Below, in pieces: positions 42,526-52,223 of a DNA stretch of 64,000 nt; positions within the stretch are counted from its first letter, which is position 1; every line of letters starts with the position of its first letter. The translations under genes were made by a program, and so were the position numbers. The notes under the pieces were generated by a model that saw only the letters and a list, made by a program, of their open reading frames with translations, made no database searches and had not been told where the DNA came from. Origin of the DNA: an uncultured Acidobacteriaceae bacterium (lineage in GTDB: Bacteria; Acidobacteriota; Terriglobia; Terriglobales; Acidobacteriaceae); NCBI GenBank assembly GCA_963841125.1, contig CAWJBH010000010.1:161049-225048 (forward strand). Reading direction: 5' to 3'.

Positions 42526-44658
42526 CTAAACACTCGCGCTTGCAGAAGAAGCTGCCCGCAGCGTAACCGTGAACACCGCTCCGCCTCCGGGCGCATTAGC
42601 GGCTTCAATCGTGCCGTTGTGTTCCTTCATCACCGATTTGCAGATGCTCAAGCCCAGTCCGGTTCCGCGCCCCGGCCGCTTGGTCGTGTAGAACGGATCG
42701 AAGATGCTCGGCAGTGTGTCGGAGGGAATCCCCGGTCCGTCATCGTGAAAAGATGCCCAAACAGACTCCCCGGTATTTCCCAGGCGGATGCGTAACGTTC
42801 CGCGGTCGCGAGCTTCGCGGATCGCCTGCTCCGCATTCAGGATCAAGTTCAGGAAGACTTGCATCAACTGGTGCGGGTCGCCTTCCACGTAGGGCAGTCC
42901 CGGCTCGCGCAAAAAATCGACGGTGATGCTGTTCTTCCGCAACGAATAAGCGTGCAGATTGAGCGTGCGTTCGACAACCTCCCCAAGATTGACGGGAGTT
43001 TTCCCCGGCGCCGGCGGCCTCGAGAAATAAGTCAGGTTATGAACAATCTCGGCGGCCCGTCGCGCCTGCTGCTGCAGTATGCCGATCTGCTTGCGCGCCG
43101 CGTCCGTAGTCTGACTATCCTGCAGAAGTTCGCTGACTCCCAGAATGCTGGTCAGAGGATTATTAAGTTCGTGGGCCACGCCTCCGATCATCGCGCCCAT
43201 GGCAGCCAAACGCTCGCTCTGTATGATCTGCTGCTCCAGCTTCTTTTCCGTCGTAATGTCGCGCACGGAGACGATCACGCCGGCCAGCTTGGCGTCCGCG
43301 TCAAAGAGCTGGCTGGCGGAAGCGCGCATCGTACGCCAGCTCCCGTCGCGGTGACGAGCGCCGTATTCTGCAGATCCAAATATTCTGATGCCAGATACCA
43401 CGTCGTGGTAGAGTGCCGCCAGTTCCGGCGAGTGATCCTCGGTTTCCGAAATCTTTTTCCCCAACAGATCCTCGGGCTGGTATCCCAGAAGATCGCGTAC
43501 CCGGAAGCTCACAAATGTATAGCGCTCTTCGAGATCGATCACCAGAATCAGGTCGGGGAAGCTCTCGAGCAAGCGCCGCCGGAATTCCTCCTGCTGCAGC
43601 AGTTGCCGTTCAAGTTTGCGCCGCTCCGTGACGTCGACCAGCGTGCCCTGGTAACGAATCAGCTTGCCCGAAGAATCCCAAACAGCGCGCGAGGACTCGA
43701 GAAAAACGGCGGCGGTTCCATCTTTCTTGCGGAGCATGATCTCGCGCGCCCGCACGCCACCGCGGTCATCGGCAGCGCGGCCCAGCGCTGGCGACTCCGA
43801 GGGATTGACATTCAGCCGGGCGGGGTCAAGCGCCAGCAACTCTTCCTTCGTGACATAGCCCAGAATGCTGACCAGCGCGGGATTCGCGTCCAGCAGTCTG
43901 CCCTCCGGCGTGCTGAAATACGCGCCCTCCTGCAGGGTCTCGAACAGCTCAGTAAAGCGAAGCTCTTTTTCGTGCTGCCCGGTCACATCGCGTCCCAGCA
44001 CGCTTGCCCCAACCACCTCGCCACTCTTTACAATCGCATTCAGAACGCAATCGAAGTAGAGCGGCCGTCCATCATTCTTCAAACGCAAGCGAACCGTGCC
44101 CGCCCAGTGCCGCTTCTCCAGAAAGCGCGCCAGTCCGGTTTCTACACTGCTGCGGGTCGGTTCTTCGACGAAGTCGAACAATTTCTGCCCCACGATCGCG
44201 GTATAAGGCAGCCCCAGAAGGTCGCTGACACTTTTGTTGACCGTGCGCAAAGTGCCATCCAGAGATACAGCGCAGGCGGCATCTTCGAACGAGTCAATCA
44301 GTTCCTTAAAACTGCGCTGAGAGCGCGCAATCATTTCGGAGAGCTGGTCGAGTTGCTCCTCAGACGGAGCGGCGCCCACATGCTCCTGCAAATTCTGCAG
44401 CAACACTTTGAGTTCGCTGACTTCCTTCCGCCGGCCGTACGCATAGACCGCCAGAAGAATCGACAAGAGCAGTACGCCCAACGCCATCGGGCCCAAATGA
44501 TAAGGCAAACTCTCGAGACGCTCCCAGGCGAGCGCGGCGAAGCCCGCCGCCAGCAGAACCATGAACAAAAGAATCCACCGCCACAGCTGAGATTCTTCGC
44601 GCTCAAGTTTATGCGGCGGGCGGGATTGCTGCGGCGCACCGGAAGAGCCCTGGGTCAT
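42526..44658 (-). CDS. Multi-PAS sensor histidine kinase, intact
   Basis: Start taken at MTQGSSGAP (44658). Two TM segments, three PAS-like blocks, H-box AHELNNPLTSILG, N-box QVFLNLILNAEQA, G-boxes HDDGPGIP and GRGTGLGLS. Its stop codon abuts the thiolase stop (tag|cta at 42523-42528). Confidence 0.88.
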   Translation of the reverse strand: MTQGSSGAPQQSRPPHKLEREESQLWRWILLFMVLLAAGFAALAWERLESLPYHLGPMALGVLLLSILLAVYAYGRRKEVSELKVLLQNLQEHVGAAPSEEQLDQLSEMIARSQRSFKELIDSFEDAACAVSLDGTLRTVNKSVSDLLGLPYTAIVGQKLFDFVEEPTRSSVETGLARFLEKRHWAGTVRLRLKNDGRPLYFDCVLNAIVKSGEVVGASVLGRDVTGQHEKELRFTELFETLQEGAYFSTPEGRLLDANPALVSILGYVTKEELLALDPARLNVNPSESPALGRAADDRGGVRAREIMLRKKDGTAAVFLESSRAVWDSSGKLIRYQGTLVDVTERRKLERQLLQQEEFRRRLLESFPDLILVIDLEERYTFVSFRVRDLLGYQPEDLLGKKISETEDHSPELAALYHDVVSGIRIFGSAEYGARHRDGSWRTMRASASQLFDADAKLAGVIVSVRDITTEKKLEQQIIQSERLAAMGAMIGGVAHELNNPLTSILGVSELLQDSQTTDAARKQIGILQQQARRAAEIVHNLTYFSRPPAPGKTPVNLGEVVERTLNLHAYSLRKNSITVDFLREPGLPYVEGDPHQLMQVFLNLILNAEQAIREARDRGTLRIRLGNTGESVWASFHDDGPGIPSDTLPSIFDPFYTTKRPGRGTGLGLSICKSVMKEHNGTIEAANAPGGGAVFTVTLRAASSASASV

Positions 44659-45215
44659 GGGGGAAGCCACCTGGTTTCGCCTTCGCAAGAACGAAGAACG
44701 GCGGAACCGAACACACTGCACACACCGTAACCATACTAACCGCACGCCCCAATCGTGGTTATTGGAGAATCTGGTACGCCCAGGTCGATTTTGGGCAGAA
44801 ACCGCGCCGCCGGCCGATATCAATTGATTCGGAACCGATGCAGGAGGCTCTTGTCGAGGGTTGGCCGGATTCCGTTTCGGACATTGCTTGGCTCTTCCCA
44901 ACCGATCGGCGGGTCCTCATCCCATTTCGTCAGGTGTTGGTCATTCGATTTCCCAGTGCATTCGCTGAACTTCTATCACTTGCTGAACCTCTGTTAGGAG
45001 TCACACCGGTCGTCGCGCGGCCCTTTTCGGACGATAGCCCTTTTCGGAACTGAGAATGACGAAAACTTCAGAAATGAGCAGTTTCGCACAGAGCCCAAAT
45101 CGTCCGAGAGAGCACACTATTTGCTTGCTGTGTAAAGGATCTTCGTCCCACGCCTTCTTGGCAGCGCTGGGCTGAACTCTGGTTCCAATGTCCGAATGAA
45201 CGCACGGGAGGCCGT

Positions 45216-46457
45216 GTGCACAAGCGAAGTCTCAGCCTGCTCTTTCTGTATCTGTGTTTCCAGGTGGGCCAAATCACTCTGGAGGCACAAGAGTTCAAAC
45301 TTCTGGACCGTACCGTCCAAGTGCATGGCTTCGTCTCGCAGGGATTCATCTATACCGACGACAATAACTGGCTGACCATGAAGACCAACTCGGGCAGCGC
45401 CGCCTTCACCGATTTTGGTTTGAATATGTCGTCTCAGGTCACGGATAAATTCCGGATCGGGGCGCAAGGCTACGACCGCAACCTTGGCCAACTCGGCCAA
45501 TACCATCCATCACTCGATTGGGCGGTAGCCGATTACCGCTTCAAGAGCTGGTTCGGGGTTCGTGGTGGGAAGGTTAAGACCACGCTCGGCCTCTATAACG
45601 ACACTCAAGACGAGGATTTCCTTTACACTTTTGCCCTGCTTCCGCAAAGCGTGTATCCCACCGATCTCCGCGACGCCACCATCGCTCACCTGGGCGCGGA
45701 TATCTACGGAAATATTTCACTCAGACACCGGCTCGGAGTTCTTTCCTATACCGCCTATGCCGGGCATCGGAGCGACAGCATGTACAGCGGCTATCCCTAT
45801 TACTTAAGCAGTTTCGGAGCGCTGATCAAAAGCTTTGGTGGGCTGCAGTATGGCGCCGATCTTCGCTGGAACACTCCGCTAAGGGGTCTACTGATCGGAG
45901 CATCGCGTCTGAATGAGGACCTCACCGCCAAGGGCTCAGTGATAGACCCATTCAACCCTGGCGCCGGGTTAGTGCCATACTCTGAGACCTCAAAAGCCGA
46001 CTGGGTCAATCAATTCTATGGCGAGTACACCGTGGGCAGATTGCGGATTGACGCGGAGTATCGCCGTTACTGGCGCAACCAGGAACTCTCCGGCGGAACT
46101 TCCGAAAGCTTCGCCGACGTGCGCGGCTGGTACGTCTCCGGCGCCTACCGGATTTGCAAACGCCTTCAAATCGGGTCCTACTACTCTCGCTACACGATCA
46201 CGAACATCGTAGCCGGCGCGCTCTCCGTCTTTTATCCTTCGGCAACTGACACCAATCTGCCTGCCGATCACGATTACGACAAAGTCATTACGGGGCGGGT
46301 TGACCTCAACAAGTTCTGGAACGTCAAAGTGGAAGCTCACTTCATGAATGGCTATGGCAGCGGTCCGTACCCGAACGGATTCTATACACAGGTTAATCCA
46401 AGCGGGTTTGCGCCGAATACAAACGCGCTGGTCCTGAAGACCAGCCTGAATTTCTAA
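45216..46457 (+). CDS. Outer-membrane beta-barrel (porin-like) protein, intact
   Basis: GGGAGG then GTG. Signal peptide LSLLFLYLCFQVGQITLEAQE. Alternating aromatic/hydrophilic beta-strand pattern. C-terminal ...LVLKTSLNF ends in the terminal Phe typical of OMPs. Confidence 0.6.
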   Translation: MHKRSLSLLFLYLCFQVGQITLEAQEFKLLDRTVQVHGFVSQGFIYTDDNNWLTMKTNSGSAAFTDFGLNMSSQVTDKFRIGAQGYDRNLGQLGQYHPSLDWAVADYRFKSWFGVRGGKVKTTLGLYNDTQDEDFLYTFALLPQSVYPTDLRDATIAHLGADIYGNISLRHRLGVLSYTAYAGHRSDSMYSGYPYYLSSFGALIKSFGGLQYGADLRWNTPLRGLLIGASRLNEDLTAKGSVIDPFNPGAGLVPYSETSKADWVNQFYGEYTVGRLRIDAEYRRYWRNQELSGGTSESFADVRGWYVSGAYRICKRLQIGSYYSRYTITNIVAGALSVFYPSATDTNLPADHDYDKVITGRVDLNKFWNVKVEAHFMNGYGSGPYPNGFYTQVNPSGFAPNTNALVLKTSLNF

Positions 46458-46487
46458 CTGAGCGAGGCCTCGAAACACGAGAACGCG

Positions 46488-47174
46488 ATGAAGAACCCCA
46501 GACTACTTCCCTTGGTCGCTGTCGTTGTTATCTTCGCCCCAGTCTGCGTTAGTGCGGCCGACATCAAGGTGATCGCCAATGGAAGCGTCAAAGCGGACGT
46601 GATTTCCGCGAATGACGTCAAAAGCATATTTCTGGAGGAGTGCAACTCGCTCAAAGACGGCACCCATGTCGAACCAGTACTCGAAAAGGATGGGCCGGCG
46701 CACGAAGCCTTCCTGCATGAATACCTCGGGGGAACCGACGATGACCTGCAGAACTACTATCGCGCTCTGGTGTTCTCCGGCAGAGGCTCTATGCCAAAGC
46801 AACTTGGCTCCGACGCCGAGGTCGTGGTTTATGTGGCTAGGACGAAAGGTGCGATCGGATATGTGAGCGCCGAGACCATTGCCGAAGACGTGAAGACTCT
46901 AACCATCGTCCGCAGCGGCAACGGCCCCGAAAGAAGATTAATCACCCGCGTCGAGCCGGAATACCCGGACACCCTCAAGCGCCTGAATATTGGAGGGACT
47001 GTACGCCTCCAACTCACGATCGGGCCCAATGGGAATGTGGAGGCCGCCGAAGTGTTGGGCGGCAATCCGATCCTGGGAGAGTCTGCCGTGGCGGCGGTAA
47101 AGCAATGGGTCTATAGCGCCAACCATTCGCGCACCATTGAGAAACTTAGCATCCCTTTCGGTTCGCACCGTTGA
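46488..47174 (+). CDS. Secreted fusion of a PstS-like periplasmic-binding half-domain and a TonB C-terminal domain, intact
   Basis: Signal peptide LLPLVAVVVIFAPVCVSAA. IKVIANGSV...GAIGYVSAETIAEDVKTLTI (PBP-like). RVEPEYPDTLKRLNIGGTVRLQLTIGPNGNVEAAEVLGGNPILGESAVAAVKQWVY (TonB_C). No Pro-rich linker and no TonB N-terminal anchor. Confidence 0.6.
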   Translation: MKNPRLLPLVAVVVIFAPVCVSAADIKVIANGSVKADVISANDVKSIFLEECNSLKDGTHVEPVLEKDGPAHEAFLHEYLGGTDDDLQNYYRALVFSGRGSMPKQLGSDAEVVVYVARTKGAIGYVSAETIAEDVKTLTIVRSGNGPERRLITRVEPEYPDTLKRLNIGGTVRLQLTIGPNGNVEAAEVLGGNPILGESAVAAVKQWVYSANHSRTIEKLSIPFGSHR

Positions 47175-47345
47175 ACGACTGGACATACTGAAGGGCCTTC
47201 GCCCTTTATCCACAGGCCAACCCTGTGACATCCATCACAGCCAGCACCGTCCCCGCCAGCGTACTCTAGCTAAATTCCGGAATCAGGCCTTAGTGTGCCG
47301 ACGGCGGCACGAAACGAAACGAAGACTGTCGTCGCCCGGACCACC

Positions 47346-48894
47346 ATGCTCTACAAGACCCTAAGCGCCGCCGTCTACGGCATCGACGCCAACATTATTC
47401 AGGTCGAAGTCGACTGCTCCGGCATCAAGACCGATCAGGACCACTTCCACACCGTAGGCCTTCCCGACGCCGCCGTGCGCGAGAGCCGTGACCGCGTGCG
47501 CGCCGCACTGAAAAACTGCGGCTACGACATTCCGCCCACGCACATCACCATCAACCTCGCTCCCGCCGACATCAAGAAAGAAGGTTCAGGATTCGATCTC
47601 CCCATGGCGCTAGGGATCGTAGGCGCCTACGGCGGCCTCACACAAAAAGAAATCGACGACTGCCTCTTCATCGGCGAGTTAGTCCCTCGACGGCGGCGTT
47701 CGCGGCATCCGCGGCACCCTCCCCATCGCTCTTGAAGCCCGCACCCGCAAGATTTCAAAGCTGGTAGTTCCCGAAGCCAACGCCCGCGAGGCCGCCATGG
47801 TCGGCGGAGTCGATGTCTATCCGGTCAAGTCGCTGCTGGATGTAATCCACTTCGTAAACTCCGGCAACGGAATCCTCCCGCTGAAAGCCGATGGCGACGC
47901 CTTGCTGAAAGAATCGCAGGAATTCCTCGTAGACTTCAAAGACGTTCGCGGCCAGCAGACCGCCAAGCGCGCCATCGAAATCTCCTGCGCCGGAGGCCAC
48001 AACATCCTCATGATCGGCCCGCCCGGCTCCGGCAAAACCATGCTCGCCAAGCGCATGCCAACTATCTTGCCGCCGCTTACTTTCGAAGAAGCGCTCGAAA
48101 CCACCAAGATTCACAGCGTAGCCGGAGTCCTCGATCCCGGCAGCGGCCTGGTCGGCAAGCGCCCCTATCGTTCGCCGCACCACACCATCTCCGACGCCGG
48201 TCTCATCGGCGGAGGCGTGATCCCGCGCCCCGGCGAAGTCTCGCTGTCCCACAACGGCCTGCTCTTTCTCGACGAACTCCCCGAGTTCCCCCGCAACGTC
48301 CTCGAAGTCCTGCGCCAGCCGCTCGAAGACGGATCAGTCACCATCGCCCGCGCCGCCATGGCGCTAACTTTCCCCGCGCGCTTCATGCTCGCCGCCGCCA
48401 TGAATCCCTGTCCCTGCGGCTTCCGCAACGACCGCACCCGCGAGTGCCAGTGCACCACGCCCATGATCCAGCGCTACATCTCGAAAATTTCCGGCCCGCT
48501 CATGGACCGCATCGACATCCACATCGACGTTCCCGCCGTGAACTACAAAGAAATGCGCTCCACCAACGAACCCGAAAGCTCGGCCAAGATTCGCGAGCGC
48601 GTCATGCGCACCCGCCAAAAGCAACTCGACCGCTTCGCATCGTCCCGCGAAAAAATCTATTGCAACGCGCAAATGTCATCCCGCCACATCCGCACCCACT
48701 GCGAACTCTCCGCCGACTGCGAACGCCTGCTCGAACGCGCCATGACCCAGCAGGGACTAAGCGCCCGCGCCCACGACCGCATCCTCAAAGTCGCCCGCAC
48801 TATCGCCGACATCGAAGAGACTCCCCAGATCGAACCCAAACACATCGCCGAAGCCATCCAGTACCGCTCGCTGGACCGCACCTACTGGACCTGA
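47346..48894 (+). CDS. YifB/ComM-family Mg-chelatase-like ATPase, one frame switch near 47685
   Basis: [23 protein letters not shown]...[14 protein letters not shown]...[11 protein letters not shown]. Then [30 protein letters not shown]-type [19 protein letters not shown], and [15 protein letters not shown]. Confidence 0.9.
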
Positions 48895-48974
48895 AATAAG
48901 GACGGCGGAGCAGGCCTTCAGCCCGCGTCAAGAGTTGGCATTTGAAGGCGTTGGCTCAGCTTCGAATTTCTTGT

Positions 48975-49094
48975 GGCGTCATCCCGAGCGGAGCCGCTTT
49001 TCAGGCGGAGCGAAGGATTCTCCGCACCGCGCATGCGTTTGTTCACGCGGGATCCCTCACCCAGCTGGACTGCGCCGGGTTTCGGGATGACGCC
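48975..49094. repeat. 120-bp inverted-repeat element of the GTCATCC(C/T)GAG family
   Basis: GGCGTCATCCCGA (48975-48987) is the exact complement of TCGGGATGACGCC (49082-49094). The interior carries gagcgaaggattct. Related cores lie at 30024-30068 and 54764-54804. Confidence 0.7.
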
Positions 49095-49289
49095 TCGCAA
49101 AGAAGACAATTCAAACTGAGCCACTACCCATTTAAATCGGGCTTCTAGCTCCGAGGTTCCCAACTAGGAACAAAAACCGCAAATGCACCCTGGTTGGTCT
49201 CCGCCGGAAACCGCCAGCCGAACCCCGACTTTCACGCCTCCCGATCGGAACTGTTACCAGCAAAGGCGCGTAAAGCCCCGTAAAATATG

Positions 49290-49318
49290 TTGACCTACCC
49301 CCCTTTTCCGGATACATT
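49290..49318 (+). promoter_or_regulatory. Sigma-70-type promoter candidate (TTGACC-17 nt-TACATT)
   Basis: TTGACC at 49290-49295, a 17-nt spacer, then TACATT at 49313-49318. It lies in a 400-bp ORF-free region upstream of the small ORF and rho. Confidence 0.45.
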
Positions 49319-49591
49319 GTGTTGTTCCACGGACCTCCGAAGTCTCTAGGTCTTATTCTGAGATACCTCGACCTGTAAGCCCAAATCAGGAAAAACGAGC
49401 ATCTTTGGGGTCCGGTCGCGCATCTATTCTGGGTAGGAATTGCGCTAACTCCTTTACAAACCTTAGTGGAATCAATGGCTTAGGGCACTGTGGACTTTCG
49501 GCCAGTTCCCGGGCTAAATAGTTTCCTGGGGTAAGAAAAGGACAGGGGCGAAGGCGAAATGCCCATACATATAAGGAAGGAGCATACAGAC

Positions 49592-49807
49592 ATGCGCTCT
49601 GATCGTGTGTTTGACGCTTTACAGACATTGCGGAATCGTTATATGCTTTGTCAGCTCGCCTCCAAGGCCACGCGGAAGTTCCATCGGCCCAGCACCAGAA
49701 TCCAGGAAACAATGAACGGTGTTTTGGACCGGATCGCAGGCAAGGAGCGGCAGGAAGTTCTGTCGGAGCCAGAGAATTTTGCTGAGGCACAACGGCGGGC
49801 TGCTTAA
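49592..49807 (+). CDS. Small hypothetical protein upstream of rho (weak RpoZ-like NRYxLxxxAxKA motif)
   Basis: AAGGAAGGAG upstream. MRSDRVFDALQTLRNRYMLCQLASKATRKFHRPSTRIQETMNGVLDRIA. The resemblance to the omega-subunit motif NRFxLxxxAxxRA is weak. Confidence 0.4.
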   Translation: MRSDRVFDALQTLRNRYMLCQLASKATRKFHRPSTRIQETMNGVLDRIAGKERQEVLSEPENFAEAQRRAA

Positions 49808-49836
49808 CGGCAGCCCTGTCCGCCCGCCTCGCAGTT

Positions 49837-49891
49837 TTTTGGATCTGATATTTTGGATCTTTAGTTTTTTGGATCTAGTATTTTTGGATTT
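49837..49891. repeat. Four phased TTTTGGAT(C/T)T boxes between the small ORF and rho
   Basis: Copies start at 49837, 49851, 49867 and 49882 (spacing 14, 16, 15 nt). Three of them contain GATC. They are preceded by the hairpin GGGCTGC / GCAGCCC and a T6 run. Confidence 0.7.
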
Positions 49892-49975
49892 GTTGTCTTC
49901 CCTGAATACCCTCCTTTGAAAATCTCCCGCAGTAACGCTAACGGATACGTTTAAGTGACCGGGTTTAGGTGAATC

Positions 49976-51229
49976 ATGACCATTGCTGAACTGAAAGAAA
50001 AGAACATTACCGAGCTCACCAAGATCGCAAGGACCTTGGAGCTGCCCGGCGCCAGCGGACTGCGCAAGCAGGATCTCATCTTCAAAATCCTGCAGGCCCA
50101 GAGCGAAAAAGAAGGCCACATCTTCGCCGAAGGCGTCCTCGAAATCCTGCCCGATGGCTACGGTTTCCTCCGCTCCCCCGATTACAACTACCTCCCCGGC
50201 CCCGACGATATCTACGTCTCGCCCTCGCAAATCCGCAAGTTCGACCTGAAAACCGGCGACACCATCAGCGGACAGGTCCGCCCTCCGCACGAAGGCGAAA
50301 AATACTTCGCGCTGGTGAAGATCGAAGCCGTCAACTTCGAATCGCCCGACGAAGCCCGCAACAAGATCCTGTTCGACAACCTCACGCCCCTCTATCCCGC
50401 AGGAGCGCCTCAAGCTCGAAACCACGCGCGAGAACTGCCAGCGCCCGAGTAATGGATTTGCTCACTCCGCTGGGCAAAGGCCAGCGCGGCCTCATCGTCT
50501 CTCCGCCCCGCGCCGGCAAAACCATGCTGCTGCAAAACGTCGCCAACTCGATCACCACCAACCATCCCGAAGTCGTGTTGATGGTTCTCCTGATCGACGA
50601 GCGCCCCGAAGAAGTCACCGACATGCAGCGCTCGGTGAAAGGCGAAGTGATTTCCTCCACCTTCGACGAGCCCGCCGCCCGCCACGTCCAGGTCGCCGAA
50701 ATGGTGATCGAAAAAGCAAAGAGATTAGTCGAGCACAAGCGCGACGTAGTAATCCTGCTCGATTCCATCACGCGCCTGGCCCGCGCCTACAACACCATCG
50801 TTCCGCCCTAGCGGCAAAGTCCTCTCCGGCGGCGTCGATTCCAACGCCCTCCAGCGCCCCAAACGTTTCTTCGGCTCCGCCCGCAACATCGAAGAAGGCG
50901 GCTCGCTCACCATCATCGCCACCGCACTGATCGACACCGGCTCCCGCATGGACGACGTGATCTTCGAAGAATTCAAAGGCACCGGCAACTCCGAAATCAT
51001 CCTCGAGCGCAAGTTGGTCGATAAGCGCGTATTCCCCGCCATCGACATTCAGCGCTCGCGGCACGCGTAAAGAAGAGCTGCTGATCCCCCGCGAAGACCT
51101 GCCGAGATCTGGGTCCTGCGCAAAGTCCTGAACCCGCTCTCCCCAGTAGAAGCCATGGAATTGCTGATCGACAAACTAAGCAAAACCAAATCCAACGGCG
51201 AGTTCCTCTCCAACATGAGCGCCCTGTAA
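49976..51229 (+). CDS. rho: Transcription termination factor Rho, at least 4 frame switches
   Basis: [85 protein letters not shown] (Walker A), [27 protein letters not shown]. After shifts, [35 protein letters not shown] and RVFPAIDI. Confidence 0.93.
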
Positions 51230-51252
51230 ACCGAAGCGAATTAGAAGCGGGC

Positions 51253-51300
51253 GCCCCGTCCTCGTCTCTCCGGTTTTTGGAGAGACAGGGCGGGGCTTTT
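51253..51300 (+). terminator. Long imperfect hairpin + T-run after rho
   Basis: GCCCCGTCCTCGTCTCTCC ggttttt GGAGAGACAGGGCGGGGC followed by TTTT. Confidence 0.7.
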
Positions 51301-51325
51301 GACTTCCCCAAGTGTTGAATTTGCT

Positions 51326-51500
51326 CGTGTGGAGCGGACACTCCTGTCCGCTGCTTTTGACGTTGCCTTTGCCCTTGCTTTTGAAGTTGCCCGTGTGGAG
51401 CGGACACTCCTGTCCGTTGCTTTTGACTTTGACTTTGCTTTTGAATTTGAGTCGAATCAAAGCGGCACAACCGTGGAAGAGCGGCGCTTCAGCGCCGCGT
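51326..51500. repeat. Block of hairpin repeats: two AGCGGACA-CTCC-TGTCCGCT units plus one GCGGCGC-TTCA-GCGCCGC unit
   Basis: cgtgtggagcggacactcctgtccgctgcttttgac at 51326 and a near copy at 51391. ccgtggaagagcggcgcttcagcgccgcgtaa ends at 51500. The same modules occur at 51995-52032 and 55993-57390. Confidence 0.8.
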
Positions 51501-51572
51501 AAAGCCCCACAATGAATCAGGGGCTTCAGCCCCAGTGGTCAAATATCCCCCACTTTCCGAACGATTCCCAAA

Positions 51573-51987
51573 GTGTCATACTTCCAGAAGCACAAACCGC
51601 CCGTCTTCGAGGACACCGTGCGACATCTACCGCATTAGCGCTCTCTATCTGCGTACTGTCCGCAATCTCCGCCCCTGCCCAGCAAAACCACACCCCCCAG
51701 GCCCGCCGCCGATGCTGAACCAGGGTCCGCCGCCGTCGACCCAAGGGAAGGTGGGGGCGCCGACCAGGCCCAGCAACTCGGCTCACGACATGGCCAAGAA
51801 AGCCAACCTGCAGCGCCAGGCCTCGCTCAAGGCCGATACCGACAAGCTTCTCAAACTCGCAGAGGAGCTGAAAGATTCCGTCGACAAGTCAAACGAAAAC
51901 GTCCTGTCGGTGGACGTCCTGAAAAAGGCCGAAGAAATCGAAAAACTGGCCCACAGCGTAAAAGACAAAATGAAAGGCCCAAACTAA
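51573..51987 (+). CDS. Small secreted coiled-coil protein (hypothetical), frame switches in the 5' part; start uncertain
   Basis: Well supported C-terminal part MAKKANLQRQASLKADTDKLLKLAEELKDSVDKSNENVLSVDVLKKAEEIEKLAHSVKDKMKGPN. A signal-like ALALSICVLSAISAPAQQ lies in another frame upstream. Confidence 0.45.
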
Positions 51988-52223
51988 AGCAACGCCCGTG
52001 TGGAGCGGACACTCCTGTCCGCTGCCTTTGACTTTGTATTTGATTCTGCTCTTGAGTGTGGGTGAAGCTGAGCCTCAGCCCAAAAGACGAACCGGAAACC
52101 CCACAAAAGTCCAGGTGTACCCCGTGTTTACCCCGTGTACCCCTTGGTAAAGATTTAGAACTAAGCCCAGATACAGAAAAAGCCATCCGTGAAAAACCGG
52201 ATGGCGCTTGAAATAAACCAACC

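Noticed and set aside
42523-42528. Stop codons of the convergent thiolase and kinase genes abut with zero intergenic distance (tag|cta)
   Set aside because: Real in the sequence, but convergent genes sharing or abutting stops are common. I do not consider it a finding.
42526-44901. N-terminal extensions given by the ORF track (42526..44901, 975..2807, 58007..60208, 60743..62113, 6163..6984)
   Set aside because: The upstream parts overlap neighbouring genes or are Arg/Cys-rich with no signal. Internal Met codons with better context, giving normal N-termini or signal peptides, were used instead.
45104-45122. Sigma-54 promoter-like gAGCAC-actat-TTGCT about 95 bp upstream of the porin gene
   Set aside because: Spacing and the -12 element fit, but the invariant -24 GG is AG. 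Without the GG dinucleotide I do not call it.
49592-49807. Calling the small ORF upstream of rho rpoZ
   Set aside because: Only a short NRYxLxxxAxKA stretch resembles the omega motif. The remainder does not look like RpoZ, so the gene symbol is left empty.
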